Source: Candidatus Omnitrophica bacterium UBA6249 (GTDB taxonomy: Bacteria; Omnitrophota; Gorgyraeia; Gygaellales; Profunditerraquicolaceae). From it: DNA of 64,000 nt. Location of the stretch: NCBI GenBank assembly GCA_002441305.1, contig DJVT01000009.1, positions 409,210-473,209 on the forward strand, written 5' to 3'. A program made the translations under genes and the position numbers. Positions 47,322 through 57,452 of the stretch are shown piece after piece. The stretch's first letter is position 1, and the number at the start of each line of letters is the position of its first letter. The notes below the pieces were generated by a model. That model did not search any database and was not told the origin of the DNA. It worked only from the letters and a program-made list of their open reading frames with translations.

Positions 47322-47747
47322 TTACCAGAGCCAGGCCTTTATCTTCTCATCAGCCGCGCTCCAGGGGTATTCCGGGCGCATGACCGGCTTATCGTAAGGA
47401 GAAAAGGGGAAAGTTACCGTATCGTAAATTCCTGAAATTACGCGCACCAGGCTTATCGCTACCCCATTCACCAACCCGCTGGTCAACCCTGCCGCGGGAT
47501 CCTGTTCCTTGGAAACCTTGGCCACCTCAGCGGGTATCTCCATCCAAAATGTCGTCATATTTATAACCCCCCGTTCAAGTTTCTCCACAGGAGTATCATC
47601 ATCGCAAGAAATATCATCCCTGTCGATCTCGCCCGAGGAAAAATCCAGGAAATTCCCGCTTTCTCTCTCCAGGTCATAACAATATCCCGGCACGGTACAA
47701 ACAAAAAACAATAACATTATGTTTATAATCAAAACGGACTTCTTCAT
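47322..47747 (-). CDS. TIGR04073-like (exosortase-system-associated type) small secreted protein
   Basis: 141 aa with a signal peptide. The GLVNGVAISLVRVISGIYDTVTFPFSPYD core resembles that family. Confidence 0.6.
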   Translation of the reverse strand: MKKSVLIINIMLLFFVCTVPGYCYDLERESGNFLDFSSGEIDRDDISCDDDTPVEKLERGVINMTTFWMEIPAEVAKVSKEQDPAAGLTSGLVNGVAISLVRVISGIYDTVTFPFSPYDKPVMRPEYPWSAADEKIKAWLW

Positions 47748-48010
47748 AAACTCCCTCCCTTTTTTGTCTTAACCCCGCTCAGCTGGACAAGCAGGCTTTT
47801 CTTAAAGGATTCCCAGGAATTGACGCCCTCCCCGCTTATCCCGGTATCCATGGCAAAACCTATCAATGCCCGGAGTATATCGTTATAAGATAACTTATGC
47901 CCGGTAGTAAACAGGGCGTCCTTACCGACCTTATCGAGAAAGTCAACTTCCCGGCGGCCAAGCATCGTAATTACCCTATGCGTCAATATTCGTTTATCCC
48001 GAGACTGCAT
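47744..48010 (-). CDS. Hypothetical 88-aa protein
   Basis: ORF with an AAGGGGG RBS and an ATGA overlap with the next gene. No family recognised. Confidence 0.5.
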   Translation of the reverse strand: MQSRDKRILTHRVITMLGRREVDFLDKVGKDALFTTGHKLSYNDILRALIGFAMDTGISGEGVNSWESFKKSLLVQLSGVKTKKGGSL

Positions 48011-48031
48011 ATTCCCCCTTTTGCCTGATTT

Positions 48032-48151
48032 TCAGCGGCGGACACCGAATAAAGGCATGCCCTCGAATATTCGAAGGGCCTTAAGGAAATTCATATGCCT
48101 TTTATGCTTCTTACTGGTTTTTGCCAAAACCTTATGCAGAATTTTTCTCAT
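48032..48151 (-). CDS. Candidate 39-codon basic micro-ORF
   Basis: Hand-translated as MRKILHKVLAKTSKKHKRHMNFLKALRIFEGMPLFGVRR. A TAGGAG RBS sits 7 nt upstream. It is the first ORF after the riboswitch terminator. Confidence 0.35.
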   Translation of the reverse strand: MRKILHKVLAKTSKKHKRHMNFLKALRIFEGMPLFGVRR

Positions 48152-48173
48152 CCGGATCTCCTAAGCTGTCACC

Positions 48174-48210
48174 CGTAAACAAAAAACCCTAAAGGCTTTC
48201 TTTAGGGTTT
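48174..48210 (-). terminator. Intrinsic terminator acting as the riboswitch expression platform
   Basis: On the minus strand: AAACCCUAAAG-aaagc-CUUUAGGGUUU followed by UUUGUUU. Confidence 0.75.
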
Positions 48211-48283
48211 CCCGGCAGCTCCGCTTTCCTGAATCAGGACCGGAAGCTTTGCGCCCCAGCATTACTGCTAGTTAGCCTTTGTC
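48211..48283 (-). promoter_or_regulatory. c-di-GMP-I (GEMM-I) riboswitch aptamer
   Basis: Minus-strand RNA: ACAAAGGCUAACUAGCAGUAAUGCUGGGGCGCAAAGCUUCCGGUCCUGAUUCAGGAAAGCGGAGCUGCCGGG. It matches the remembered GEMM-I core: ACAAAGGCAAAC, a GNRA-capped hairpin, GGGACGCAAAGC, CCGG, a second hairpin, then AGC..GCCGGG. Confidence 0.7.
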
Positions 48284-48289
48284 TATGGT

Positions 48290-48323
48290 AAAATACCAAA
48301 TTGTCAAAATGTCAAAATGTCAA
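48290..48323 (-). promoter_or_regulatory. Candidate promoter with three tandem TTGACA elements and an extended -10
   Basis: On the minus strand, TTGACA repeats at an 8-nt period (48323-18, 48315-10, 48307-02). TGGTATTTT (extended -10, TATTTT = 48295-48290) follows, about 7 nt before the aptamer 5' end. Confidence 0.4.
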
Positions 48324-48370
48324 TTTGCATAATAATTATGCCATATTTTCGGGCTTTTTTCAAGAGCGAC

Positions 48371-49147
48371 TCAACCCAGTTTCTTCAGCAGGACCCCGGC
48401 CACTTTCTTTCCGGCCAAGAGCATTCCCCCGAAAACAGGCCCCATGCGCGGGGCGCCGAATACTGCGTTGGCGCACATTCCGCAGGAGAATAACCCGGGG
48501 CAGATTTCTTTGGAATTACCCACAATCGTGCTCTCCCCCGCTTCCGCCCACATTGATTTCTCGCCTTCCACCCTGCCTGTTCTTGTCCTTAAACGCATGC
48601 CTGACTTCTTTTCCACTATACGCGCTACCTCGGCGGGATGCCCGGTGGAATCCACCACAACCTTAGCGCGCATGACTATCGGGTCTACATGCAAACCGGC
48701 AATCTCGACGGCGCTCCAGTTCAATACAAGCCCGCCCACCTTCCCATTATGCACCATAACATCCTCTACGCTCATAAGATTGAATATTTTTAATCCTTCC
48801 TTTACCGCCCTGGAACAAATCGTGGAAACAGCCTCTATGGAATCCGCGACATAATACCCCTTTTCATAAAGCCTGCTCCTTATGCCGAACTCATCGAGCA
48901 TGGCCCTTGCTTTCTCCTGCACTACTATCTCGTTAAACATTATCCCGCCGCCCCACATTCCGCCCCCCACGGAAAGTTTTCTTTCAAAAAGGACGGTTTT
49001 TATCCCGGCTTTGGCCAAATAATAGCCGCACACCATCCCTGCAGGCCCCGCACCCACTATAGCTACATCGCTATCCAAAGCTTCTAACAGTTTATTTTTG
49101 TACGATTCGATTATCGCCCTGGAAATCTTTATTTCATCAAGCTTCAT
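48371..49147 (-). CDS. thi4: Thi4-family thiazole synthase
   Basis: The ATG at 49147 is preceded by [21 protein letters not shown] and the overall Thi4 pattern are present. The track start 49225 would run through the riboswitch terminator. Confidence 0.85.
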   Translation of the reverse strand: MKLDEIKISRAIIESYKNKLLEALDSDVAIVGAGPAGMVCGYYLAKAGIKTVLFERKLSVGGGMWGGGIMFNEIVVQEKARAMLDEFGIRSRLYEKGYYVADSIEAVSTICSRAVKEGLKIFNLMSVEDVMVHNGKVGGLVLNWSAVEIAGLHVDPIVMRAKVVVDSTGHPAEVARIVEKKSGMRLRTRTGRVEGEKSMWAEAGESTIVGNSKEICPGLFSCGMCANAVFGAPRMGPVFGGMLLAGKKVAGVLLKKLG

Positions 49148-49183
49148 CTTCCTCCTCCTCTCAAACGGCAACATGCGCATTCC

Positions 49184-49216
49184 AATAAAAAACCCTCGCG
49201 CCGGTGCGCAAGGGTC
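49184..49216 (-). terminator. Intrinsic terminator acting as the TPP riboswitch expression platform
   Basis: On the minus strand: ACCCUUGCGC-accg-GCGCGAGGGU, a 10-bp stem with one G-U pair, followed by UUUUUUAUU. Confidence 0.8.
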
Positions 49217-49231
49217 AAAATACAAAAAATA

Positions 49232-49325
49232 CGTTTATCCCTCCGCTGGCATTACCCAGATCAGGTTATTAGGGTCATCTGCTCTCTGCGCAGAACTCTC
49301 AGACCGCCAAACGGTCTCCCCTTTT
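49232..49325 (-). promoter_or_regulatory. TPP (THI-box) riboswitch
   Basis: Minus-strand RNA: GGGGAGACCGUUUGGCGGUCUGAGAG...ACCCUAAUAACCUGAUCUGGGUAAUGCCAGCGGAGGGA. It contains the CUGAGA, ACCC, AACCUGAUCUGG.UAAU.CCAGCG.AGGGA signature and lies upstream of thi4. Confidence 0.9.
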
Positions 49326-49365
49326 TTATTATTTTATCACAATAAGGCAAAAATCAAAATAAAAG

Positions 49366-49968
49366 TTAAACTTTCGAAATCAGGAATATGCCTGTTTGCG
49401 CAAACAAATTAGGAAAAAGAAAAACCCTTCTCGACTGCCCGATATAAAAACTCTTTTCTATGTTTATATCCTTCGAACGGCAATAGTCTTTGAAATCGGT
49501 TATACTCAAAAAATGCAGGTTTGGAGTCTCGTTCCATTGATAAGGCAGGGTACCGGTTACCGGGGTTTTACCCAAAAAGAACATTTGCATCCTGGATCTG
49601 TAATAAGCAAAATTGGGGAATCCCGCGATGACTTTCCTACCTACGCGCAAGGCGTCAAAAAGCACTTTATCGACATGGATGATCTGCTGGAGGCTTTGAT
49701 TCAACACCACATAATCAAACGATTTATCTCCGAATTCGGATAAACCGCTGTCCACGTCGCCGTGAAACACATTCAGCCCCTTGGCGACGCATTTGTATAT
49801 TTCCTGCTCGTCTATCTCTATGCCGTGTACATGGGCATTCTTCTCTTTTGCCAAAAGATACAATAAATCCCCATTCCCGCAGCCAAGGTCTAAGACCTTA
49901 GATTGAGGCGTTATCAAATCCATTATTAGTTTATGATCCAGTTGAACGTCCTTACGCGCCATAATCAC
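49366..49968 (-). CDS. metW: Methionine biosynthesis protein MetW
   Basis: 200 aa with VLDLGCGNGDLL. Immediately downstream of metX and overlapping it. The exact start is uncertain. Confidence 0.85.
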   Translation of the reverse strand: MIMARKDVQLDHKLIMDLITPQSKVLDLGCGNGDLLYLLAKEKNAHVHGIEIDEQEIYKCVAKGLNVFHGDVDSGLSEFGDKSFDYVVLNQSLQQIIHVDKVLFDALRVGRKVIAGFPNFAYYRSRMQMFFLGKTPVTGTLPYQWNETPNLHFLSITDFKDYCRSKDINIEKSFYIGQSRRVFLFPNLFAQTGIFLISKV

Positions 49969-51112
49969 CTGTCACCTCATATGCGTAAAATATCTTCTTA
50001 AGGAAATGCTTGATTAAATAAGTTTCTTCGTCAACCTCAAGCAAAAAAGCATCGTGGCCGTAACTGGAATCTACCTCGCAGTAAGTAGTCTCCACTCCTG
50101 CCAATTTGCATGCCCTTACTATCTCCTTGGATTGATAAGCCGGATACAGCCAGTCGGACTTAAAAGAAATAACCATAACCTTTACCTTGATCCCGCGCAG
50201 GACATCGTCAAAGCGCCTTCCCCCGGAGGCGTCGAAGTTATCCATCGCCTTGGTGATATAAAGGTAGGAGTTCGCGTCGAAGCGCTTGACGAAACTGTCT
50301 CCCCGGTAGCGCAGATATCCCTCCACTTCGAAGTCTGCGGTAAACTTAAAATGCTCCCCGGCATCCTTCTTGTCCCGGCCGAATTTCTCAGCCATGGATT
50401 TATCGCTCATATAAGTAATATGCCCGATCATCCTGGCTACCGCCAGCCCCTGAGAAGGATGAGGCCCGTCATAATAGTTACCCGATTTCCAATGCACATC
50501 CGCCATTATCGCCTGGCGCCCTACCTCGTTGAAAGCAATCTGCTGGGGAGAATGCCTGATTGTAGTCGCTATAGGTATTGCGCTGCGCAGCTTCTGCGGA
50601 TAACGCGACAACCAGGAGAGCACCTGTTGTCCGCCCATCGAACCTCCCACTACAGAAAGAAGCTTCTCTATCCCCAACTGATCTACCAGGCGTTTTTGCG
50701 CATTAACGATATCATTTATCCCGATTAAAGGGAAATCCAGGGCGTATGGTTTCCCGTTCTTCGGATTAGTGCTCGCTGGCCCGGTAGACCCCTTGCATCC
50801 TCCCAAGACATTCGAACAAATTACGAAATATTTCTCCGTATCAAAAGCCTTCCCAGGGCCTATCAGGGCATCCCACCATCCCGGGTCATCCTTACCTTCA
50901 TGGACGCCTGCGGCGTGCGCATCTCCGGAAAGAGCATGCGTGATAAGCACGGCATTTGTTTTATCCTTGTTCAACAAACCATAAGTCTCGTAGGCAATGG
51001 TCACCGGGCCTATCTTCTCCCCGCTTTCCAGCTTAAGGGAGTCAAAAGTAAAAAAACGTACCTGGACTGCACCCAAGGTGCCGCGCCGTATCTCTCTGCT
51101 GTCATTAATCAT
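49952..51112 (-). CDS. metX: Homoserine O-acetyltransferase
   Basis: The ATG at 51112 overlaps the cysK stop (ATGA). Alpha/beta hydrolase with GGSMGG and other typical MetX sequence. The track start 51229 is over-extended. Confidence 0.9.
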   Translation of the reverse strand: MINDSREIRRGTLGAVQVRFFTFDSLKLESGEKIGPVTIAYETYGLLNKDKTNAVLITHALSGDAHAAGVHEGKDDPGWWDALIGPGKAFDTEKYFVICSNVLGGCKGSTGPASTNPKNGKPYALDFPLIGINDIVNAQKRLVDQLGIEKLLSVVGGSMGGQQVLSWLSRYPQKLRSAIPIATTIRHSPQQIAFNEVGRQAIMADVHWKSGNYYDGPHPSQGLAVARMIGHITYMSDKSMAEKFGRDKKDAGEHFKFTADFEVEGYLRYRGDSFVKRFDANSYLYITKAMDNFDASGGRRFDDVLRGIKVKVMVISFKSDWLYPAYQSKEIVRACKLAGVETTYCEVDSSYGHDAFLLEVDEETYLIKHFLKKIFYAYEVTGDYGA

Positions 51113-52044
51113 GTTTCCGCCTCTTGAAAAAGCCAAGTGGTCAAATAACGTTCTCCTGTATCGGGAAGAATTACCACGACAACCTTGTCCCTGTTTTCTT
51201 TTCTCCGGGAAACCTCCAGGGCCGCCCATAAAGCCGCTCCGCCCGATATTCCCGTAAGAATCCCTTCGCTTTTAGCCAGCAGTCTGGCAGTAAAACCGGC
51301 ATCTTCATCCCTCACCCGGATGACCTCATCGATCAATTTAGTCTTCAGGACTTTAGGAATGAATCCGGCGCCGATCCCCTGGATCTTATGCGGCCCGGGA
51401 TGTCCTCCAGACAAAATAGGGGAAGATTCCGGTTCAACCGCTATTGCTTTAAAGCCCGGCTTCCTTTTCTTGAGGACCTCCGCAACCCCGGTTATCGTAC
51501 CGCCCGTGCCTACTCCCGCTACTAAAATATCGACTTTCCCGCCGGTATCTCTCCATATCTCCTCCGCGGTAGTCTTACGGTGGATCGCCGGATTGGCAGG
51601 ATTGTTAAACTGCTGCAGCAAGACTGCTCCGGAGATACTCTTCGCCAAATCCTCTGCTTTCTTTACCGCCCCCTTCATCCCCTCTATTCCCGGGGTAAGA
51701 ACAAGTCTGGCCCCGAACACGGAAAGCAACTGTCTTCTTTCTATGCTCATTGTATCCGGCATCGTCAAAATCAGTTTATAACCCTTCGAAGCCGCCACAA
51801 ACGCCAAGGCTATACCGGTATTCCCGCTCGTAGGCTCAATGATCGTAGATCTCTTCTTCAGCAACCCTTTTTTCTCGGCATCCTCTATCATTGCCGCCCC
51901 TACACGGTCTTTGACACTCGAAAGGGGATTAAAAGACTCTACTTTAGCTAGTAATCTTGCCCGGCTTCCTTTGGAAATACGGCTTAACTTAACCAGAGGA
52001 GTATTGCCTATCGTTTTGGTAATATCGGAAAATATCTTCCCCAT
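51109..52044 (-). CDS. cysK: Cysteine synthase A (O-acetylserine sulfhydrylase)
   Basis: The ATG at 52044 has a GGAG 6 nt upstream. [14 protein letters not shown] and GTGGT motifs are present. Confidence 0.9.
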   Translation of the reverse strand: MGKIFSDITKTIGNTPLVKLSRISKGSRARLLAKVESFNPLSSVKDRVGAAMIEDAEKKGLLKKRSTIIEPTSGNTGIALAFVAASKGYKLILTMPDTMSIERRQLLSVFGARLVLTPGIEGMKGAVKKAEDLAKSISGAVLLQQFNNPANPAIHRKTTAEEIWRDTGGKVDILVAGVGTGGTITGVAEVLKKRKPGFKAIAVEPESSPILSGGHPGPHKIQGIGAGFIPKVLKTKLIDEVIRVRDEDAGFTARLLAKSEGILTGISGGAALWAALEVSRRKENRDKVVVVILPDTGERYLTTWLFQEAET

Positions 52045-52075
52045 TTTTTCTCCGCTTGGCATGACCAGAAAGCGG

Positions 52076-53368
52076 CTAACTCTTGCTTAAAGCCTGGTCT
52101 ATATCCGAAATAATGTCATCTATATGCTCTATGCCTATGGACAGGCGTATAAAATCAGGGGTCACGCCCGCAGCCAGCTGTTCTTCCGGGCTCAACTGCT
52201 GATGCGTGGTTGTGGCCGGATGTATCGCCAGGCTTTTTGCGTCTCCTATATTGGCAAGGTGCGAAATAAGCAACAGGGAATCTATAAATTTCTTTCCTGC
52301 CTCGGCTCCTCCTTTTATGCCGAAACCAACAATCCCCCCCGCCCCCCTGGAAAGATATTTGTCCGTCCTCTCCTTTTCCGGGCTGTCCTCCAACCCTGGA
52401 TAGTTAACCCAAGCTACCTTGGAATGTTTCTTAAGGAACCTGGCAGCAGCCAGGGCATTCTCCGAATGCCTGAGCATCCTTAAAGGAAGAGTTTCCAAGC
52501 CCTGCAGGAAAAGAAAGGCGTTGAAAGGCGACAGAACAGGCCCCAGATCCCTCAACAGACATACGCGCGCTTTTAAAATATAAGCTATATTGCCCCGGGA
52601 GGCGAATTCTTCAACAAAATTGATTCCATGATAACTCGCCTCCGCATCCGCGATAAGGGGGAATTTTTCTTTTTTCCAGACAAACCTCCCGGAATCCACG
52701 ATAACCCCGCCGAGGCTGGTACCATGGCCCCCGATAAATTTGGTAGCCGAATAAACTACTATATCCACACCGAAATCCACCGGGCGTAAAAGATAAGGAG
52801 AAACGGTATTATCCAGAACAAAAGGAAGCCCGTTTTCATGCGCCGTCTTCGATATCGCCTCAAGGTCCGCCACGTCTAACCCGGGATTCCCTATAGATTC
52901 CGTATAGACGGCTTTGGTCTTGGTGGTTATTGCGCTTTTAAGAAGATCGATGTCTCCGGGAGGCACAAACCTGACTTTTATACCCAGGCGCGCGAAAGTA
53001 TAATGCAAAAGATTATAAGTCCCCCCGTAAAGATTATTCGTAGAAACGATTTCGTCTCCTGCCTGCGCGAGGTTAAGCAGGGACAAGGCGATTGCGGACT
53101 GCCCGCTGGAAACCGACAAAGCCCCTACGCCGCCGTCCAGGAGGGCCATCCTTTTCTCGAATACATCATTGGTAGGATTGGAAAGGCGCGCATAAATATT
53201 CCCTTCTTCCTTAAGGGCAAAAAGGTCGGCGGCGTGCGCGGTATTTTTGAATTGATAAGAGGCAGTCTGGTATATGGGCACTGCGCGGGCTCCGTTTACA
53301 GGATCCGGATCCTGCCCCCCATGCAAAACCAAACTTTCCGTCTTTAATTTAGAGTCTATTTTGCTCAT
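52076..53368 (-). CDS. metY: O-acetylhomoserine sulfhydrylase (aminocarboxypropyltransferase)
   Basis: 430 aa. Cys/Met-metabolism PLP enzyme pattern, including [10 protein letters not shown] with the PLP lysine. Confidence 0.9.
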   Translation of the reverse strand: MSKIDSKLKTESLVLHGGQDPDPVNGARAVPIYQTASYQFKNTAHAADLFALKEEGNIYARLSNPTNDVFEKRMALLDGGVGALSVSSGQSAIALSLLNLAQAGDEIVSTNNLYGGTYNLLHYTFARLGIKVRFVPPGDIDLLKSAITTKTKAVYTESIGNPGLDVADLEAISKTAHENGLPFVLDNTVSPYLLRPVDFGVDIVVYSATKFIGGHGTSLGGVIVDSGRFVWKKEKFPLIADAEASYHGINFVEEFASRGNIAYILKARVCLLRDLGPVLSPFNAFLFLQGLETLPLRMLRHSENALAAARFLKKHSKVAWVNYPGLEDSPEKERTDKYLSRGAGGIVGFGIKGGAEAGKKFIDSLLLISHLANIGDAKSLAIHPATTTHQQLSPEEQLAAGVTPDFIRLSIGIEHIDDIISDIDQALSKS

Positions 53369-53385
53369 TTAACCTCCCGGTACCG

Positions 53386-53826
53386 CTAAATCGAATAAGT
53401 AAACCCTTCCCCTTTGGAATTTATCTGTTCTACCAGGTCGCCGAAAGTAACGTTATCGATAATATCCGAAGTAGCCTTGGAAACTTTACGCCAGATCTCC
53501 CTGAAAAGACACCTGCTCAAATCGCTACAATTAGTATACCCTTTCTCTACGCAGGAAATCGGTTCAATCGGACCTTCGATATAACGCACCACCTGGCCCA
53601 GGCTTATCTTAGACGGCTCATTGGCAAGAGAATATCCACCGGCATTTCCCCTTTTACTGCCCACAAACCCGCCTTTTTTTAAATCCAGAAGAACCTGCTC
53701 CATGAATTTTACCGGGGCGTCTATTCGCCTGGATATATCGTTTATGGTAGATACGCCCGTCTCGTAATGAATAGCAAGGTCCAAAAGGGCTTTCAAGGCG
53801 TAATCTGTCTTATAAGTAATCCTCAC
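53386..53826 (-). CDS. Rrf2-family transcriptional regulator (CymR/IscR-like) heading the sulfur amino-acid operon
   Basis: 146 aa with TDYALKALLDLA and three Cys (ISCVEKGYTNCSDLSRC). Lies 17 nt upstream of metY. Confidence 0.85.
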   Translation of the reverse strand: MRITYKTDYALKALLDLAIHYETGVSTINDISRRIDAPVKFMEQVLLDLKKGGFVGSKRGNAGGYSLANEPSKISLGQVVRYIEGPIEPISCVEKGYTNCSDLSRCLFREIWRKVSKATSDIIDNVTFGDLVEQINSKGEGFTYSI

Positions 53827-53899
53827 TTCCGCTCCTTGTCTACTATCTCTATAAACATAGTAGAGTATAACTCAATAATTTATTTTGTCAAGGCTTTTT

Positions 53900-56095
53900 T
53901 TAAATCTTGTCCATCCCGGCAAGTTCATTCCTTATTTCAAGATATCTCCCATAATCCAGGTCCCTGTATATCTCCTGAGCCGCGCGCAGGTAACCTCTCG
54001 ACAGGTTTTTTCTGCGTTTCTTCTTGAATAACAAGCCCAAGTTATAATTATTCTCTGCCAGGAGCAGACGGTTTCCGGTTATCCCGAAAAACTCAAGCGA
54101 CCTCTTAAAGTTATATTCGGCTTTAGATGCCTCTCCTATCTCCAGGTAAAGTTCACCGATTTTATTATAGCCTAAAACGATATTCTTCCCGTGTCCCTGC
54201 TTTTCGCTGATATCCAGGCCTTTCTTGTAATAACTTAAGGCCTTGTAAAACTCCTTCCGGGAAAAATAGACTTCTCCGATATTAAGATAACAATACCCCA
54301 TCCCCTCCTTCAGTTTCAGCCGGCTGAACATCCTTAAACTCCTCAAGTAAAACTGCTCCGCCGCCTCATAATCCCCTTTACTGGCGAAAACCTGACCGAA
54401 ATCAAAGTAATCACAGGCCAAGTTCTTATTTCTCTCGTAATTCCCCGGATGCTCCAGATTGATCGCCGTACTCTTGGCCAACAGGCCCAGGGCCCTGTTC
54501 AGCTCTCCGCGGTCTATATACCATACCGCAGTTTTCCTTAAAGCCACAGCTTCATTGGCACTGTCTTTTAATTTACGGCTCATCTCTAAGGCTTTGTCAT
54601 ACAACTCCCTGGCCTTGCCATACTGGAGATTGGTATGATAAAACCACCCGAGCTTGATATAAGCCTTGATAAGCTGGCTGCCGTTTCCCAGCCTGTCACT
54701 TTCAAATATATATTTATAGTAATACTCCAACGCCTTGTCTTTATTCCCCAGGCGGCTGTAAGCGTCGGCAATTATCTGGTAAATCCCCGGAAAGTTACGG
54801 GTTCTGTCTGCAAGCCTTTCCCCCAGAGTTATGGCAAAAACATTGTGGCCTCTGCTATATTCCTGCCTGGACCGGGAAAAAAGATATGCGTCGGAAGGAT
54901 TGAATCTTATAAAACAAAATAACAATAAAACAGTTCCGGAGATGGAGAGTGCCGGGAACAGGGCTTTGTGCGTGATTTTCTTATAAGCCGGCCGGATCTT
55001 TTCTCTTTTTCCCCCGAGCCCCCGGGATCCCAAAAATACAAAACCCGGATCACCGTAGAGAAGATAGTTTAACCAATGCAGGCTTTCCAGTCCAAAATCC
55101 CTTGACAGCTTCAACCTGGACAACAACAATGCTCCTCCCACATTGGCCCCCGAAATCAAATGCGCGTAGAATTCGCGGGCAAAAACCAGGCTCGGGCTGT
55201 CTTCGATCCTGCGGATAGCTCCTATATAATGCCTTACCCCGGAAGACAGAAATGCGCTGGCCATGCTATACCCCTCTTTTTGGTATTCGGAATCTACCGG
55301 CCCAGTATGGATCCCCGCGGAATGGCAGGCATTAGAGAAAACTAATGCCGGCATGCCGGATCCCTGCCCCATCCTGAGTATTTCTTCCGCCTTGAATATT
55401 CCGTCGCTCAAAACCCATCCGCTTTTATGCATATCCATTTTGTCAAACTCGCAATGCCCAGAAAAATGCAGCATATCGTAATCGCATATATTCTTCTGCA
55501 CATATTTTCTGTCTATTCCGCCGGACTTAAAATCCACCCGCACCTTTCCTGCCCTGCTGGCAAATTGATTCTTTATGTTCAAACCTTCCAGATAAGCCGA
55601 TTTCAAATCTGCGTTCGGATCCGCAAGTACCAGCATCCTCAACCTTTCCGGAAGCTGGCGGTAATGCACCAAACCGGAATCACCCCGGCTGCGCACCAGC
55701 CTGCCTATTCCAAACTTAAGGCAAAGAAACTCTTCCCCGTCAAAAATAATTTCCCATGGAAAGCAAATCAACTCCTCATCCAGGGAAAGAGTAAGTATGC
55801 AGGACCGGCTGTTTTTGAGCCTCTCCTTTACCGGGCGCGAAAGCATATGGTCCCAGAATAACCTGCCTGTTTTTTTCAATAATTTAAGCTGGGTAAACTT
55901 GGAATGGGCATCCCTGGCAGGGCGGTTCAAAACCGCGATCAGTTCCGAACTCAGGCTTTTTAGTTCCGTAAAAGAAACATCTACCAGGGTGTAGTGGCGC
56001 AAGGTGGGAGTAGTGCGATTATGCCCCAGGAACCCCATGCCGAGAGCCCTCTCCTGCTTGAATACCTCGAGGGTCAGCGATTCGCACAAGGACAT
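53900..56095 (-). CDS. CHAT-domain (caspase-like) protease with a central TM helix and C-terminal TPR repeats
   Basis: 731 aa. The CHAT His/Cys dyad context is MLHFSGHCEF and LVFSNACHSAG. A hydrophobic helix (ALFPALSISGTVLLLFCFIRF) follows, then more than 6 TPR-like repeats. Confidence 0.75.
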   Translation of the reverse strand: MSLCESLTLEVFKQERALGMGFLGHNRTTPTLRHYTLVDVSFTELKSLSSELIAVLNRPARDAHSKFTQLKLLKKTGRLFWDHMLSRPVKERLKNSRSCILTLSLDEELICFPWEIIFDGEEFLCLKFGIGRLVRSRGDSGLVHYRQLPERLRMLVLADPNADLKSAYLEGLNIKNQFASRAGKVRVDFKSGGIDRKYVQKNICDYDMLHFSGHCEFDKMDMHKSGWVLSDGIFKAEEILRMGQGSGMPALVFSNACHSAGIHTGPVDSEYQKEGYSMASAFLSSGVRHYIGAIRRIEDSPSLVFAREFYAHLISGANVGGALLLSRLKLSRDFGLESLHWLNYLLYGDPGFVFLGSRGLGGKREKIRPAYKKITHKALFPALSISGTVLLLFCFIRFNPSDAYLFSRSRQEYSRGHNVFAITLGERLADRTRNFPGIYQIIADAYSRLGNKDKALEYYYKYIFESDRLGNGSQLIKAYIKLGWFYHTNLQYGKARELYDKALEMSRKLKDSANEAVALRKTAVWYIDRGELNRALGLLAKSTAINLEHPGNYERNKNLACDYFDFGQVFASKGDYEAAEQFYLRSLRMFSRLKLKEGMGYCYLNIGEVYFSRKEFYKALSYYKKGLDISEKQGHGKNIVLGYNKIGELYLEIGEASKAEYNFKRSLEFFGITGNRLLLAENNYNLGLLFKKKRRKNLSRGYLRAAQEIYRDLDYGRYLEIRNELAGMDKI

Positions 56096-56099
56096 GGGC

Positions 56100-56804
56100 C
56101 TAAATCTGCACCCTCATATCAAGCAGAGCGGCTAAACACATACCTCTGGATATTTCGATCCGGTAAACCCCGGGAGTGATATTATCAAAAACGCTGCTTC
56201 CCGAATCAACGGCATAAGATTCCAACTCCCTGCCCTCTTTTAGAAGGGAAATACGCAATTCCCTGCCGCTTTTCTGGCTTCGTTTATTCAAAATGTTTAC
56301 CGCCAGACTAAAGACCTTTCCTCCTCTGTTGTCTATTTTTGCCAGAATTCTCAGATCCTTCAGATCCTTGATTATGCTCAACTCTTCGCTGAAATCGCTT
56401 ATTTGACGGCTTCGCAGGAGAGGGGCAGGAACCAGCTCCTGGCCTACAAGCACATCCCCGTTTGTCTGGATAATCTCTATAACCTTCTCCTTCAATCTAA
56501 GAAAGATACCGAACACATTTTCTTTTTGTATTTCGGAGGAGACCATCGACTCGATTTTTTTCAACAGGGAAGCGGGAACGTCTTTACTTAAATGCGGCTC
56601 TATCTTAAACTGGGCGCTTAAGCGTTCCGAACACAGGTCGCATTTAGTGATATGTTCCATTATCTGCCGGGCCTCTTTCATGCAAGATTTCCCCTCCATA
56701 AAACATACCAGATCTTCTTCATCCGGATGGTTCGCTTCAGCGGGAAAAGATGCTTTACGCCGGCGGTAGGCCCCCCTGGCTGCCTCTTCAAATCTCTCCA
56801 ACAT
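56100..56804 (-). CDS. Anti-sigma factor (zf-HC2 type), apparently soluble
   Basis: The ATG at 56804 is preceded by AGGGAGG. The H-x3-C-x2-C motif is HITKCDLC. No TM helix is evident. Lies between the ECF sigma and CHAT genes. Confidence 0.65.
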   Translation of the reverse strand: MLERFEEAARGAYRRRKASFPAEANHPDEEDLVCFMEGKSCMKEARQIMEHITKCDLCSERLSAQFKIEPHLSKDVPASLLKKIESMVSSEIQKENVFGIFLRLKEKVIEIIQTNGDVLVGQELVPAPLLRSRQISDFSEELSIIKDLKDLRILAKIDNRGGKVFSLAVNILNKRSQKSGRELRISLLKEGRELESYAVDSGSSVFDNITPGVYRIEISRGMCLAALLDMRVQI

Positions 56805-56833
56805 AAACAATTCCTCCCTGAATAATAGACGGA

Positions 56834-57445
56834 TCAACGAAGAGAATCTAACTGAAAACCTTTCCTGCTGAAACAATCCTGCAGTTTCCGGAATATTCTC
56901 ACTTTGCGCATATCCACGGCTCCACGGTTTATCTTAAGGCATTCCCTTATCTGCTCCAGGTTAAGGCCTTGATTGAGGAACAATTCCAGAAAGTACTGTT
57001 CGGATGAACTTAAGGAGCCGATGCAGTCGCTCAGGGCTTGGCGCCTGTCACTGTCATTCAGCAACTTTTCTGTATCTGCGGAAACATCCACCAGGGCATC
57101 CTTAAAAACAAGCCCCCCTTCCCTCTCTGCATCGATCGAGAGGGCAGGCTTGAGTTTACGCAGGTAGTCTATAGTAAAGTTAATCGCTACCTGCCTGAGC
57201 CAACTGGCCAAAGTGCAGCCGTTCCTGCCTCTATAGGTTGATAGTTTCCTGCAATTATCTTTAATTAATGAATAGAACAGCTCTTGGAAGACATCCTCAA
57301 CCTGTTCCGCCGCGAAAGTAAAGCCCTTTATGTGTAATACGCTGTAGATGTAGTTATAAATCAGGCGGGAATAGCGCAGTAAGAACTCATTCCAGGATTT
57401 TTTGTCCCCTGAAACACAAGCCTGGACAAACCTTAAATCGTCCAT
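56834..57445 (-). CDS. ECF-subfamily RNA polymerase sigma-70 factor
   Basis: 203 aa. Region 2 (YNYIYS..VEDVFQELF) and region 4 (LNLEQIRECLKINRGAVDMRKVRIFRKL). Confidence 0.85.
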   Translation of the reverse strand: MDDLRFVQACVSGDKKSWNEFLLRYSRLIYNYIYSVLHIKGFTFAAEQVEDVFQELFYSLIKDNCRKLSTYRGRNGCTLASWLRQVAINFTIDYLRKLKPALSIDAEREGGLVFKDALVDVSADTEKLLNDSDRRQALSDCIGSLSSSEQYFLELFLNQGLNLEQIRECLKINRGAVDMRKVRIFRKLQDCFSRKGFQLDSLR

Positions 57446-57452
57446 GCTTGTA

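Noticed and set aside
48211-48283. The structured RNA at 48.2 kb, considered as SRP (4.5S) RNA because of CCGG/GGAA-like strings.
   Set aside because: The helix-8 core (GUCAGGUCCGGAAGGAAGCAGC) is not present on either strand. The sequence fits the c-di-GMP-I aptamer much better and is followed by a terminator and ORFs, as expected for a cis-regulator.
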